A stretch of 52,966 nucleotides of DNA from a virus (IMGVR_UViG_3300014208_000025:1-52966); one strand, 5' to 3'. Shown: positions 28,398 to 37,931, numbered from the stretch's first letter. A program made the numbers and translations. Notes: generated by a model not told the origin, from the sequence alone.

Positions 28398-28718
28398 TTA
28401 CTTGAGAATTGCTGTTCCTGCGACCAATCCGAGGTTAGATGCTCTTGCACCTTCAACGGTCAACGTAATTGTTGCCTGAATGTTTTCTACGCCTGTACCG
28501 AGATCAGCATCTGCTTCAACGAGATACGTTGTATCTCCCGGAGTGTCACTGCTAACGAGTTCAGCAGATAGACCATCAGCTGCTACAGTTACAGTTGAGT
28601 CTCCACTTACAACTGTCCACGTTGGTACACCATCCACTTTAGTCTCTTTACCGCCGGCGGTTTTTACAGACATTGTGACTGGAACTTTTTGTTCGTTTGT
28701 GATTTTTATTTCTAACAT
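28398..28718 (-). CDS. beta-rich Ig-like small protein (possible virion or surface protein)
   Basis: Thr/Val/Gly-rich alternating pattern, PTWTV.SGDSTVTVAADGLSA. Confidence 0.65.
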   Translation of the reverse strand: MLEIKITNEQKVPVTMSVKTAGGKETKVDGVPTWTVVSGDSTVTVAADGLSAELVSSDTPGDTTYLVEADADLGTGVENIQATITLTVEGARASNLGLVAGTAILK

Positions 28719-28722
28719 ATTT

Positions 28723-28884
28723 TTATCTTTCTTTTTTGATTTGGTTTTTTGACATTTGTAAATCTGATTTTTTGGTTATAGGTCCAACAGTAAACCTAAT
28801 TTGTGGTGGTTTTTTGATTCGGTGAAACCAAGCGATGATTATGAATACAATAACGACGAGTAACATTATAAATGCAAACTGCAT
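28723..28884 (-). CDS. 53-aa single-TM microprotein with basic tail
   Basis: Manual translation MQFAFIMLLVVIVFIIIAWFHRIKK...; GAAAGGA upstream. Confidence 0.6.
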   Translation of the reverse strand: MQFAFIMLLVVIVFIIIAWFHRIKKPPQIRFTVGPITKKSDLQMSKNQIKKER

Positions 28885-28897
28885 AATATTCCTTTCG

Positions 28898-29023
28898 TTA
28901 ATCTAACACAACGGCAACACCGATACAAATGACAGGAACAACTAAAGGAATACTAACCCAAAAGGTTAATACTGATAAAATAGTTCCGACAATTGCTATA
29001 ACTTGTTTTATGTGTGGTTTCAT
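28898..29023 (-). CDS. 41-aa hydrophobic microprotein
   Basis: MKPHIKQVIAIVGTILSVLTFWVSIPLVVPVICIGVAVVLD*; TATGTATA motif upstream. Confidence 0.55.
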   Translation of the reverse strand: MKPHIKQVIAIVGTILSVLTFWVSIPLVVPVICIGVAVVLD

Positions 29024-29147
29024 TGTGGATATACATATAACCACATAAATTTAAATTTCAATTTCTACAAACAAATGATCTGGGGTCTTTACCCCAGTAG
29101 TTTTGGAAAATTTTTTGAAATACTTTCTGACTAAATCAAATTGAAAG

Positions 29148-30110
29148 TTAATTGTAACCTAAATCTTTTTTGATTTTAAGAATAACATCTTTTTCTTTAA
29201 CATCCATAGTCTTATCCAATTCAACAAACAATTCTTTTATAGTGGCATCTTTTCCTGTTGCCTTTTCAATTTGTTTAATTAGTTGAACAGAATCTACAAT
29301 TTTTGTTAGTAAGTCTTTAACGTTTGAATAGGCACTCGTAGCAATATGTCCACTGAATTCAATTGCTTTGGGAACAAATACATTAATGATTCTAATAATA
29401 TAACCACCTATAACATTGAAGATGCTAAATACTGATCCCACGATTGGATTGGTTGTGGAGAACAATCTCAAAATAATAAATAGTAATACTCCGGTGCCGA
29501 TAACCCATGCCATGCGACTGACGAATTTTGTTAAACCGTACCAAATAGCCCCAAAACCAAAAAACGAATCCATATCATTCAAAGTTTGTTTGTATTGGTC
29601 GGCTTTGGCCGCACTATCCGTTGCCATTTTTAGAGCCTTACGAATTTCTGTTTGTTTAACTATATCTAACTCTTCTATTTGAGAATTAAGGTCAGAAATT
29701 TCATTATCTTTTTTATCTAAGGAAATATTGGCGGCAGCTTGTTGAGCATTCATTTCGGAAAGCAATCCATCAATAATAACATGGACTTCTTTTACCTCAT
29801 CAAAATTAGGTTTGTTGGCCAAAGCTTGAACTCGTTCGTTGATGTCTTTGGCTATTACAACTTCCTTAGAAGGTTCCGGAACTTTATCCAAAGCATACTT
29901 AGTTCCGTCTGACCATGCTCCGATATGAGTAAGTCTGGATTCTGAGTTTTTAGCTTCTTTTTGTTCAATGACAATTACTTTCTCATTTTGTGTAAGTTGT
30001 TTTTGTGTAGATTTTCCAACTACTCCAGTGTTTTTGCCTATAAGACCAGCACAACCGACGACGGCTATTAACGTCATAGCTATAACGAAACCACTAAAAA
30101 ATTTGTTCAT
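29148..30110 (-). CDS. lipoprotein with coiled coil and C-terminal TM helices (spanin-like topology)
   Basis: Lipobox VVGC at residue 20, helical middle region, hydrophobic segments in the C-terminal half; GGAG upstream. Confidence 0.7.
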   Translation of the reverse strand: MNKFFSGFVIAMTLIAVVGCAGLIGKNTGVVGKSTQKQLTQNEKVIVIEQKEAKNSESRLTHIGAWSDGTKYALDKVPEPSKEVVIAKDINERVQALANKPNFDEVKEVHVIIDGLLSEMNAQQAAANISLDKKDNEISDLNSQIEELDIVKQTEIRKALKMATDSAAKADQYKQTLNDMDSFFGFGAIWYGLTKFVSRMAWVIGTGVLLFIILRLFSTTNPIVGSVFSIFNVIGGYIIRIINVFVPKAIEFSGHIATSAYSNVKDLLTKIVDSVQLIKQIEKATGKDATIKELFVELDKTMDVKEKDVILKIKKDLGYN

Positions 30111-30140
30111 AATTGATACTCCTGTACGGATAAGTACTAG

Positions 30141-30368
30141 TTAACCATGCAAAATGGGTTTAAGATTGCGGTTGGAATAGGGGATTCGTTCTTCCAAAGG
30201 AGCATCTTCAATACCCATCTTTCTCTTGAGATAGGCTAAAGTAACACTCGGCGACATGTGACCGTGTTCAACCATGATACCATGTTTAGCACAAAACTCT
30301 GCAAGAGCTCTTACTTCGGTTTCTGGCCATGTGATTTTGATTTCAGATTCATTCATAACGTTTTTCAT
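30141..30368 (-). CDS. hypothetical protein
   Basis: 75-aa ORF. Confidence 0.55.
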   Translation of the reverse strand: MKNVMNESEIKITWPETEVRALAEFCAKHGIMVEHGHMSPSVTLAYLKRKMGIEDAPLEERIPYSNRNLKPILHG

Positions 30369-31038
30369 CTATTCCGGCGAGTTGGCGTTTTTGGAAATCA
30401 GGAACATTTCCAGCGCTTTTTGGTCTGATTCCTGCTAACTTCATCATCTGACCTTTTACCGTCGGGTCCATTAAATGAATTTGGCGTTGCCTATCTTGTT
30501 TTTCCAAATCGGTTTCTGACCCTGACAATTTCAAAAACTCATCATAGCTCCAAAGTGGAGTGTCTGGGTCATCCTTATCTTCCTCGTTCGTATATGGATT
30601 GAATTTAACATCTTGTATGTTGACGTTCAATTCGTTGGATAGAAGGTTTTTCAATTCAGACATGAAATCCTTCATGCCGAACGTTTTTAGTTGCTTAACG
30701 TCCTGCCACGTTGCCACATATGTCGTGGAAATAAACTGCCATATACGTCCATGAATCGCTACACTTTGGGTAGGGTCAATATCAAATCCGGTTGTCACTG
30801 CGACCCGTAAATTTCCATGAGTTTCTACCCTTCCTTGTGGGTTGTGTGTTTCTTCTCCATCCAGATAAAGCTTGTCATCATTTTTATTTCCCAAAATATG
30901 ATGAAGTTTACGAGCATTATCTCTGAAAATGATAAATGGTCCAAGACATTCTTGGTCTGTCCAACTAACACCGAGCATTTGTTCAGCGTGTTCTTGTAAA
31001 GATTCAACGACCAACTTTTTTAGAGATATGACACTCAT
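30349..31038 (-). CDS. hypothetical protein, possibly virion-internal
   Basis: N-terminal ISLKKLVVE leader, a type often seen in jumbo-phage late proteins. Confidence 0.65.
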   Translation of the reverse strand: MSVISLKKLVVESLQEHAEQMLGVSWTDQECLGPFIIFRDNARKLHHILGNKNDDKLYLDGEETHNPQGRVETHGNLRVAVTTGFDIDPTQSVAIHGRIWQFISTTYVATWQDVKQLKTFGMKDFMSELKNLLSNELNVNIQDVKFNPYTNEEDKDDPDTPLWSYDEFLKLSGSETDLEKQDRQRQIHLMDPTVKGQMMKLAGIRPKSAGNVPDFQKRQLAGIDEKRYE

Positions 31039-31043
31039 TCATA

Positions 31044-32096
31044 TTATCCTCGATAATCGGGTTTCTTTGGAGGATAACCCTTACCGATGGGTAGTGTCTT
31101 TTCAGATAATTTCTTTCTACTCTTGCGGTCTTCGGCTTTCTTGCCGTCTTCCCAATCTCGGAACAACATGTTACCGAGCAAATAGGCTTGCTTCTCCATT
31201 TGACGCATCCAAGGGTCGTTCTGAGCATATTGAGGGTCGGTGTTAACACCCTCCTTTTTATTCGATTTATCCAATTGTCTATTCTCATTTTGCCAGTGAT
31301 GGATGACTTCATGTGCAAAAGAACGGAGGATGTCTTTGGGGTGCCGGTCGGTCATATACAGACAAATTTTAGTAGTGGTGTAATCGTAATAACCAGTTTT
31401 TCCCAACAACTTCTTAGCGTTGGTTTCGTCTTCCAATAGATGAATTTTTGGTATCGTTTTGAATTTTAGTTCTTCTCTCAAATAAGAAAACAACTTGGCT
31501 AGAGACGACTTAAACTCTTCTTTTTGATCTGGTTTCATTCCAGTAATAAATATGTCTGAGTTCTCGTTTACCGACTCTAAAAGGTCTATTTCTCGTCGTT
31601 TTCCATAACTACTATCTATTAATTTTAGATGACTTTCAATAGCGGAATCTTTAATTTTTTTCCATTGTAAATTGGATGGGGGGTAATATTTATCATAATC
31701 CATATAAAGTTCACCCCCATAAATTTTTATACGAATAAAATGTTTTTCAAAAAGAGCATCATAAATACTTTCGTCATGAGTTTCATCAAAAGGAATTTTA
31801 TTTTGTAATAAATATTTCAACCCCCAATAAGCATGTCCACTTTCAGCTCTATGAAATTTTCCATCAATATCCATCCAATACTCACCAAAACTTTTAAGAA
31901 CATCCTCCCAAAGACCTTTAAACAAATCTTTAGCTTGAATAGGAAAATCTATTTCATCCATTGGACATAACATCTGCGGAGGTTTTACTTCATTAGGAAC
32001 AGAATCGTCGTATATGTCACTAAAACTAAGACCTTCACCGATTCCAATTAGGTCACGATAAGTAGCAATTTTAGCATGTGCAATAGGTTTAGACAC
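31044..32096 (-). CDS. protein with C-terminal zincin metallopeptidase-like domain
   Basis: DILRSFAHEVIHHWQ (HExxH) and downstream EKQAY; GTG start. Confidence 0.75.
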   Translation of the reverse strand: MSKPIAHAKIATYRDLIGIGEGLSFSDIYDDSVPNEVKPPQMLCPMDEIDFPIQAKDLFKGLWEDVLKSFGEYWMDIDGKFHRAESGHAYWGLKYLLQNKIPFDETHDESIYDALFEKHFIRIKIYGGELYMDYDKYYPPSNLQWKKIKDSAIESHLKLIDSSYGKRREIDLLESVNENSDIFITGMKPDQKEEFKSSLAKLFSYLREELKFKTIPKIHLLEDETNAKKLLGKTGYYDYTTTKICLYMTDRHPKDILRSFAHEVIHHWQNENRQLDKSNKKEGVNTDPQYAQNDPWMRQMEKQAYLLGNMLFRDWEDGKKAEDRKSRKKLSEKTLPIGKGYPPKKPDYRG

Positions 32097-32098
32097 AT

Positions 32099-33949
32099 TT
32101 ACTTGTCTTTTTTGTGAACTCCACTCTTGGTCGTTCTTGGCTTTTGATGTTTCAATTGATCGGAATTACCACTTTTCTTAGGCTTCTGCCCTTTTTTAAT
32201 AACCTTAACAACATCACTATCTTTCTTCTTATTCTTATCTTCGGTTGATTCATCAATTTCGTCACTCCAACGAGCATCCTTGGTTTGAGGAGCATCCTTG
32301 ATAGTTCGAAAACTACGATGTTGGACAACGCCACCAACAGCTTCACCAAGGTCGTTAGCATCCAAATCCGGTTCAGCCGCAATATCTGCCTTACCAATCT
32401 TTCCCAATTGGCGGTCGGTCATTTCTGGCTCGAAAGCATGAAGTTCTGCTTCAGGGTTTACATCTTGTTCAATCTCGTAATCTTCACCACAACGAGAACA
32501 CTGAGCATTTCTACCCATTGCCGTGTTGTCTCTTGAGTTACCACAATGAGGACAAGCTCCGGCAGCACCAGCAGCACCGCCTATATCGGCAAATTGGTCG
32601 TCATCGTCGCCAAAATCAGAATCTTCGGTCATGTCTGGCTCAGTTTGAACCGTGCGTGCATGGTCATCATTAGATACCCGAGCTTGGGTTGGAGACGCTA
32701 CCTTGTAGGAAGCTTCATCCATATCAGAATCTTGTCCGGTAGGGTCTTCCCTATCTCTGCGGCTCATGTCACGAATACAACGTTGACAGAGAGAGCTTCT
32801 GGATTTTGGAGGAAGTTTTCCGCCACATCCAGCACATGACCAGACTTCATTTCCGTCTGAATCTTGGGATGGGCAATCACCCGCTTCATGTCCACAACAC
32901 GGATAATCTTCACAACGAGACTCTTCAAACTTTTGAGCGAGAGTGTTGAGTTCGGTCAATTCAGCCTCACTCAAACTTCTTTGAGCGACCGCCAATTCAT
33001 TCATTCTGGCTTCCATCTTGTCAGTCTGTTCTTTGTCGTGCATCTCGGTGATTTCAGGTTCGTATTGTGTGGCTCTGGCCCAATCTTGGTCCGCAGTTTG
33101 AGCCAACGTCTTTGGAACTACCTTGTAGGATGCTCCCATTTTCATATTCACTGTATTCTCAGTGAGTCTTACCCATTTTCCCGTCTTTTTGTTGAAAGTG
33201 ATTTCCTTGAGAACTTCCTTGACCATGTTGCGAATACGTTTCTTTCCTTCGGTCATTTTGACGGTATTGGCAATCGTTCCTTGACTATTTGGGCCACCTT
33301 GTTTCTGACCTTCGCCCGGAACAACTTCACCACCAACCGATTTGGTAGCAATAGAACTATCAACCTTCTTACCACCAGCCGTAATCGGTTCGTTATCAGG
33401 TTGGACAGCAATACCACCTGAATCTTTGGTTACACCCTTGTTGACCGAGGTATAACCCGACAAATCTCCTGAAGCAGATTGTCCGGTTCCACCCTGACCC
33501 AAAGAACCAACCTGAATAATCTTGGACATGTGAATTGGTTGTCCACGATGCGGAATAGCTAATGCTCCACCAAGTTTTGGTAGTCCATCATTGTCATCTA
33601 TGTCATCTTCACAATGACCACAATGTTCATTCTTGTTGAATGGAGACGGACGGTGTTTTGGGTCGTCTTGCATTTTGCCGATTTCGGCATCTGCTTCCCA
33701 ACCGGTCTTTTTGTGGGCCGGCGTATCCAACGTCTCTTCACTATCATTTTCTTCCAACCCTGCTTGAGAAAGCTTGGTGTAATACTTCGGGTCTTCCTTG
33801 AGATGGTCAAGGGCAATCTTCGCAGCAATACCAACATCCTTGGTATGTTCCTTCTCGGCTTTGATACCCATTTTTAATTGTTCGGTGTCAACGCCTTCCG
33901 GCAGTAAAATTTTGCCAGACGATTTCTTGAAAAAGCTTCGGTAGTTCAT
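32099..33949 (-). CDS. DUF5661-like low-complexity protein with Zn ribbons and internal repeats (probable virion protein)
   Basis: QLKMGIKAEKEH...IALDHLKEDPKYYTKL; CAGC/CQRC, CPHC/CSRC; TATTTATA 4 nt upstream. Confidence 0.75.
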   Translation of the reverse strand: MNYRSFFKKSSGKILLPEGVDTEQLKMGIKAEKEHTKDVGIAAKIALDHLKEDPKYYTKLSQAGLEENDSEETLDTPAHKKTGWEADAEIGKMQDDPKHRPSPFNKNEHCGHCEDDIDDNDGLPKLGGALAIPHRGQPIHMSKIIQVGSLGQGGTGQSASGDLSGYTSVNKGVTKDSGGIAVQPDNEPITAGGKKVDSSIATKSVGGEVVPGEGQKQGGPNSQGTIANTVKMTEGKKRIRNMVKEVLKEITFNKKTGKWVRLTENTVNMKMGASYKVVPKTLAQTADQDWARATQYEPEITEMHDKEQTDKMEARMNELAVAQRSLSEAELTELNTLAQKFEESRCEDYPCCGHEAGDCPSQDSDGNEVWSCAGCGGKLPPKSRSSLCQRCIRDMSRRDREDPTGQDSDMDEASYKVASPTQARVSNDDHARTVQTEPDMTEDSDFGDDDDQFADIGGAAGAAGACPHCGNSRDNTAMGRNAQCSRCGEDYEIEQDVNPEAELHAFEPEMTDRQLGKIGKADIAAEPDLDANDLGEAVGGVVQHRSFRTIKDAPQTKDARWSDEIDESTEDKNKKKDSDVVKVIKKGQKPKKSGNSDQLKHQKPRTTKSGVHKKDK

Positions 33950-33985
33950 ATGATATAAATATTGGCAAATTGCTGGTGAATGAGA

Positions 33986-34648
33986 TTATTTTTTGGGTCT
34001 ATAACCATGACGACGTTCCCACAAACCAGACATGATTTCATTCGCTGTTGGTGGTACAGGCTTAATTTTTTGTTTTCTTTCCATAACCATTTGGTCAAGA
34101 AGGTTTTTGGTTTTGGTGAACGTGGATTTGTAGCAACCCTCGTCAACTTTCATGTCTTTGTCTTTTATGTTTAGCATACCTAGCCTACTGTAATACGTTG
34201 GGTCTTGTTTGAGATTTTTGAGAACGGTCTGTTTAGCGATCACCTTATCTTTTTGAACCATATTACCCAATTCATATTGAAGACCTTGCAGGATTTCATC
34301 TGGTGATGGAGTAACCTTTTTTTTGAATAACTGATTGACTTGTGGCTCGAAAGAATCGTCAGGGTTGAGTGGCTTGGAAGCCTTTTGAGTGTCCGCCATT
34401 GCCGCGGGGGAAATAGCTCCACCACTAGAAGATACACGATCTTGTCGTTCAGGCATCTTAGGAACAACCGACCCCGTTGTGTCGGCACCAGCCATGTGAC
34501 TTACGGTTTTATCCGAAGAAGAGAACTTAGAAAGGTCTTGGGTTATGTTACCACCCCCCGGAGTACCGTAGCCAGTCTGGTAATTTAACGTGCCAGCACC
34601 GCCAGCAGCACCGTCAAATGAATTTTCTTGAATGATTTCCTTCGCCAT
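33986..34648 (-). CDS. protein with degenerate DUF5661-like domain
   Basis: EILQGLQYEL...IAKQTVLKNLKQDPTYYSRL; start set at MAKE (34648), 4 nt after TATTTATA. Confidence 0.7.
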   Translation of the reverse strand: MAKEIIQENSFDGAAGGAGTLNYQTGYGTPGGGNITQDLSKFSSSDKTVSHMAGADTTGSVVPKMPERQDRVSSSGGAISPAAMADTQKASKPLNPDDSFEPQVNQLFKKKVTPSPDEILQGLQYELGNMVQKDKVIAKQTVLKNLKQDPTYYSRLGMLNIKDKDMKVDEGCYKSTFTKTKNLLDQMVMERKQKIKPVPPTANEIMSGLWERRHGYRPKK

Positions 34649-34694
34649 GCCATATAAATAGTGGATAGATTGAAGAAAGACCTTCCGTATCAAT

Positions 34695-34720
34695 AAAAAA
34701 CCTTCGCACAAGGCGAAGGT
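34695..34720 (-). terminator. intrinsic terminator
   Basis: Minus strand accttcgc-loop-gcgaaggt followed by a T run. Confidence 0.7.
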
Positions 34721-34782
34721 GGAAACAGTCGGGATGTTTTGGTTTAATTACGAAATAGTCGGATTATGATTCTGGGTTGAAA

Positions 34783-34941
34783 TCATGGTATGTATTGATT
34801 GGCATAGTGAACTGCTTGGTCACTGTCTTTGATATCCATGAACATTCCTTCACCAAACTTCTTGGCTTTTCGTTTTGGTTGGTTTGACCCTCTCGGAATC
34901 AGATAAAAGGCAATGGCGAACAAAATCAATACTACAATCAT
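34783..34941 (-). CDS. small single-TM protein
   Basis: MIVVLILFAIAFYLI; ATGA overlap. Confidence 0.55.
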   Translation of the reverse strand: MIVVLILFAIAFYLIPRGSNQPKRKAKKFGEGMFMDIKDSDQAVHYANQYIP

Positions 34942-35645
34942 CGTAATTCCTTTCGTAAGAGTTTCCAACGGCTACTATTCATTTTAATGACACCATCATC
35001 AATATACCTAATGGTTTCAATAATTTCTTGAATATTATTGTAAATATATTTGTGAGGAATTGCGCCCATTAACCAGAGAGGGGTCTTCGCCTTTCCACCC
35101 TCAACCGAAAGAAATATCGGCTTTTTTTCTCTTATTACAGTAATTATTTCTTCTGCACTTCCCCATGAAGCTACTTCGGGATTGATGTGAGCAATGAAGA
35201 AATCGCAAATGTCACAGAGTCGCAAGTCGTATCCACGAACTTCCCACATGCGTTGTTGAACAAGGTCATATTGTTCTGTTTCCATCCAACGTTTCAATTC
35301 CTCTCTTGCTATATCGTTTTCCGGAACATCATGAATAAATGGTTTAAAGTATGGATTAAAAAATGTAATATTTCTATCGTTTAATGAAGATTCAACAATT
35401 TCTCGCCAGCCTTTTCCATCTACATATTGCATTCCTCCAATCAAATAACAACGAGTTCTGAATAGAACATTTGTTTTCATAGTGAGAGAACGACTACAAC
35501 AGCATTCCAAATATTCCATTTGATGGATTGAACAGAATTCGTAACCGTCTTGGCGTTTAGGAACACCGGGTGTACCACCTGAATCTTCCCATGTATGGGG
35601 AGCATTCGGGCCACCGATAATTTGCTCGTTCGGAGGAATCATCAA
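34938..35645 (-). CDS. nucleoside 2'-deoxyribosyltransferase-like (NDT/Rcl fold) protein
   Basis: YLIGGM, WRE, FNP, DL..CDICDFFIA, SWGSAEE; may start at 35480. Confidence 0.7.
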   Translation of the reverse strand: MMIPPNEQIIGGPNAPHTWEDSGGTPGVPKRQDGYEFCSIHQMEYLECCCSRSLTMKTNVLFRTRCYLIGGMQYVDGKGWREIVESSLNDRNITFFNPYFKPFIHDVPENDIAREELKRWMETEQYDLVQQRMWEVRGYDLRLCDICDFFIAHINPEVASWGSAEEIITVIREKKPIFLSVEGGKAKTPLWLMGAIPHKYIYNNIQEIIETIRYIDDGVIKMNSSRWKLLRKELR

Positions 35646-35887
35646 TCGTTTCGTATTTCCACCATTTCCAACGCGATGTTGTGTTTGGCGGTAAACGTCA
35701 AAATTTCTTTTTGCTCAAGCAATGGCTTGTAACGAACGAGAACCTCCAACGTCTTTTTCATTTTCGTAGGATGGTTCTCAATGATTTCGGCCCGCTCGAA
35801 CCACTGCATTCTTGAGAAGATGTCGTAGAATTCGCCGAGGGCCACTTTGTCCTCTTGTTTGTCCGGTAACTGTCTTGGTAGTTGCAT
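35642..35887 (-). CDS. hypothetical protein
   Basis: 81-aa ORF, ATGA overlap. Confidence 0.6.
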   Translation of the reverse strand: MQLPRQLPDKQEDKVALGEFYDIFSRMQWFERAEIIENHPTKMKKTLEVLVRYKPLLEQKEILTFTAKHNIALEMVEIRND

Positions 35888-35908
35888 AGTTTTCTTTCTG
35901 TTTTTTGT

Positions 35909-36865
35909 TTACTTCAAGTGCTTCAGAAGCTTATACATACAAGCTAGAAAAGGAATATCTCTCACGGCTGGTATAACCCCTTGGGATTGAATTAAACTTT
36001 CTGATAATTCAATGATGATGATGGCTTCCTTACCTTTGGCATAAGTTTCAACCTTATCCATGAGATACCGATACAATGTTTCCAAAGTATTTGGGTCAAC
36101 GTCCACCACAATCTGTCTAATTTCATTGAAGACGCCCGGCTTGGATGGATTCTTTAATAAATCCACCAGCTTGTTCAACATATCCACTTCAATGGCGTTC
36201 TCCTTGGAGATTTTCAGGGTGCCAGAAAAATTGGATTGTTGAGCGAAATTGATAACCTTACGTATGTCAGGATAATAGGTGTTGACACAGAATCCAACAT
36301 CTTCGGTTGTAAAATTGACCTTCTCGGCTTGCAGGATATTTACCAGTTTCAACGCTACTTCTTTCTTACTGATTGGTTTGATTTCAAATGATTGGCAACG
36401 TGACACAATAGCTGGATTCATCTTGGCAACGTGGTTACACGTCATGATGAACCGAGTATAAGACGAATACGACTCCATCATGTTGCGAAGTGCCCCTTGA
36501 GCATCCCGGGAAAATCCATCCACTTCATCCAGAATGACAACCTTCAATGGTTTGAAGCCAGCGCCCATTGAAAAGTATTTCAATTTGTCACGAATCAAAT
36601 CAATGCCATTTTCAGCCGATGCGTTGAGATAAATGTAGTCACATGGAATGTTGTTGACCAACATCTTTGCCAAAGTCGTCTTGCCGGTGCCGGCGGGTCC
36701 GAAGAGAAGAAGATGGGGAATGTCTTTTCGGTCAATCATCTGTTGAACGGAGGTTTTAACCGTGTCGTTACCGATGTAATCGTCCAGACCTTTGGGGCGG
36801 TATTTCTCCACCCACAAAGAGTTTTCCTTCTTTGGTTTGATGATGTCTTCAACAACGAATTCCAT
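35909..36865 (-). CDS. clamp loader AAA+ subunit (T4 gp44/RFC-small-like)
   Basis: LWVEKYRP, GPAGTGKTT, LNAS, ILDEVD, AQGALR, SRC. Confidence 0.95.
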   Translation of the reverse strand: MEFVVEDIIKPKKENSLWVEKYRPKGLDDYIGNDTVKTSVQQMIDRKDIPHLLLFGPAGTGKTTLAKMLVNNIPCDYIYLNASAENGIDLIRDKLKYFSMGAGFKPLKVVILDEVDGFSRDAQGALRNMMESYSSYTRFIMTCNHVAKMNPAIVSRCQSFEIKPISKKEVALKLVNILQAEKVNFTTEDVGFCVNTYYPDIRKVINFAQQSNFSGTLKISKENAIEVDMLNKLVDLLKNPSKPGVFNEIRQIVVDVDPNTLETLYRYLMDKVETYAKGKEAIIIIELSESLIQSQGVIPAVRDIPFLACMYKLLKHLK

Positions 36866-36882
36866 ATGATTATGCGGAATGA

Positions 36883-37086
36883 TTAAGCCGACTTACGGAG
36901 CTTACGAACCGTCACGCGTGACTTGAGGATGTAGTTCTTGGTAGAAGCGAAATCCGTGCTATTGATGAAACGACCGAGTTCACGGGTCGAGGTAAAGGTG
37001 CGTTGCTTGCCCGTCCATGTGCGAAAGGGACTCCAACGACCGTTGCTACGGTAAAATACGCCGTATCGTGTTTGTTTTTTATTCAT
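36883..37086 (-). CDS. small basic hypothetical protein
   Basis: 67-aa ATG ORF. Confidence 0.55.
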   Translation of the reverse strand: MNKKQTRYGVFYRSNGRWSPFRTWTGKQRTFTSTRELGRFINSTDFASTKNYILKSRVTVRKLRKSA

Positions 37087-37125
37087 GTTATATGCTTGTT
37101 GTTTATGTGTTTATGTTATCCAATC

Positions 37126-37869
37126 TCAATCTTCCACATCAATTTTAATCATGTAATATTGCGACTGAAATTCGGGAGTATCAAATTCGATGAACGCCAA
37201 CCCGGCCTCAGAAACTTTTAGCACGGGGTCTTTACATTCCGAATTTGCAATCAATACCTCTTTCAAATTCTTGGATGAAAAACTAATAGCACTCTTGAGA
37301 GTGTCTTTACCTGCAACTACGGGTATATTCAAAGAAATACGATTGGTAAGATTTCTTTCGTGATACCCAAGAACCATTTCCAATTTCTGTTTCTTCTTAT
37401 TCATTACAAGGGTAAACAAATCACCTTCAAAAGCCGCTTTAGCTTTCAAAAAACGGGCTACGAACTCGTCGGTAAGAGTAATTTCAACATCATAGTTAGG
37501 AACCTGTTTGATTTTTGGTTCTGGGTCAAAACAATCTAATGCTCCGCATTGATGGAGGAATTCATTGTTTCCATCTTCAAGCACAAACTGTAAAACTCGG
37601 GTAACATCATTTGGGTCGGATATCACCGTCAATGTCATGTTATCCGCGATACCACCAAGATTCTTTTTCAAAGTGCTAGATTCGATAATACCAAATTCCG
37701 TATCATCTACGCCTTCAAATTTCTTTTGAGTAATGGAAGTGAGAAATTTCTTGTCTGAAGTCATCGCAGTGACTCTCAGTGTTTTGTCTTTGACTACCCA
37801 GCGAACTTTTTCGAGAAGTCCGTTGAGATTGTATTTTTTAATAAATGTTTCGAGTGTTGTTTTGTCCAT
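37126..37869 (-). CDS. DNA sliding clamp (T4 gp45-like)
   Basis: Size, FGI..L..L and C-terminal VSEAGLA.IEF....SQYY pattern; next to clamp loader. Confidence 0.75.
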   Translation of the reverse strand: MDKTTLETFIKKYNLNGLLEKVRWVVKDKTLRVTAMTSDKKFLTSITQKKFEGVDDTEFGIIESSTLKKNLGGIADNMTLTVISDPNDVTRVLQFVLEDGNNEFLHQCGALDCFDPEPKIKQVPNYDVEITLTDEFVARFLKAKAAFEGDLFTLVMNKKKQKLEMVLGYHERNLTNRISLNIPVVAGKDTLKSAISFSSKNLKEVLIANSECKDPVLKVSEAGLAFIEFDTPEFQSQYYMIKIDVED

Positions 37870-37893
37870 ATATGATTTCCTATTTCGTCTATT

Positions 37894-37922
37894 ACTATAA
37901 CAGAATGTTAACGGTTTGTAAA
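37894..37922 (-). promoter_or_regulatory. sigma70-like promoter
   Basis: TTTACA-17 nt-TATAGT with TG extension. Confidence 0.55.
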
Positions 37923-37931
37923 CTTATTATA

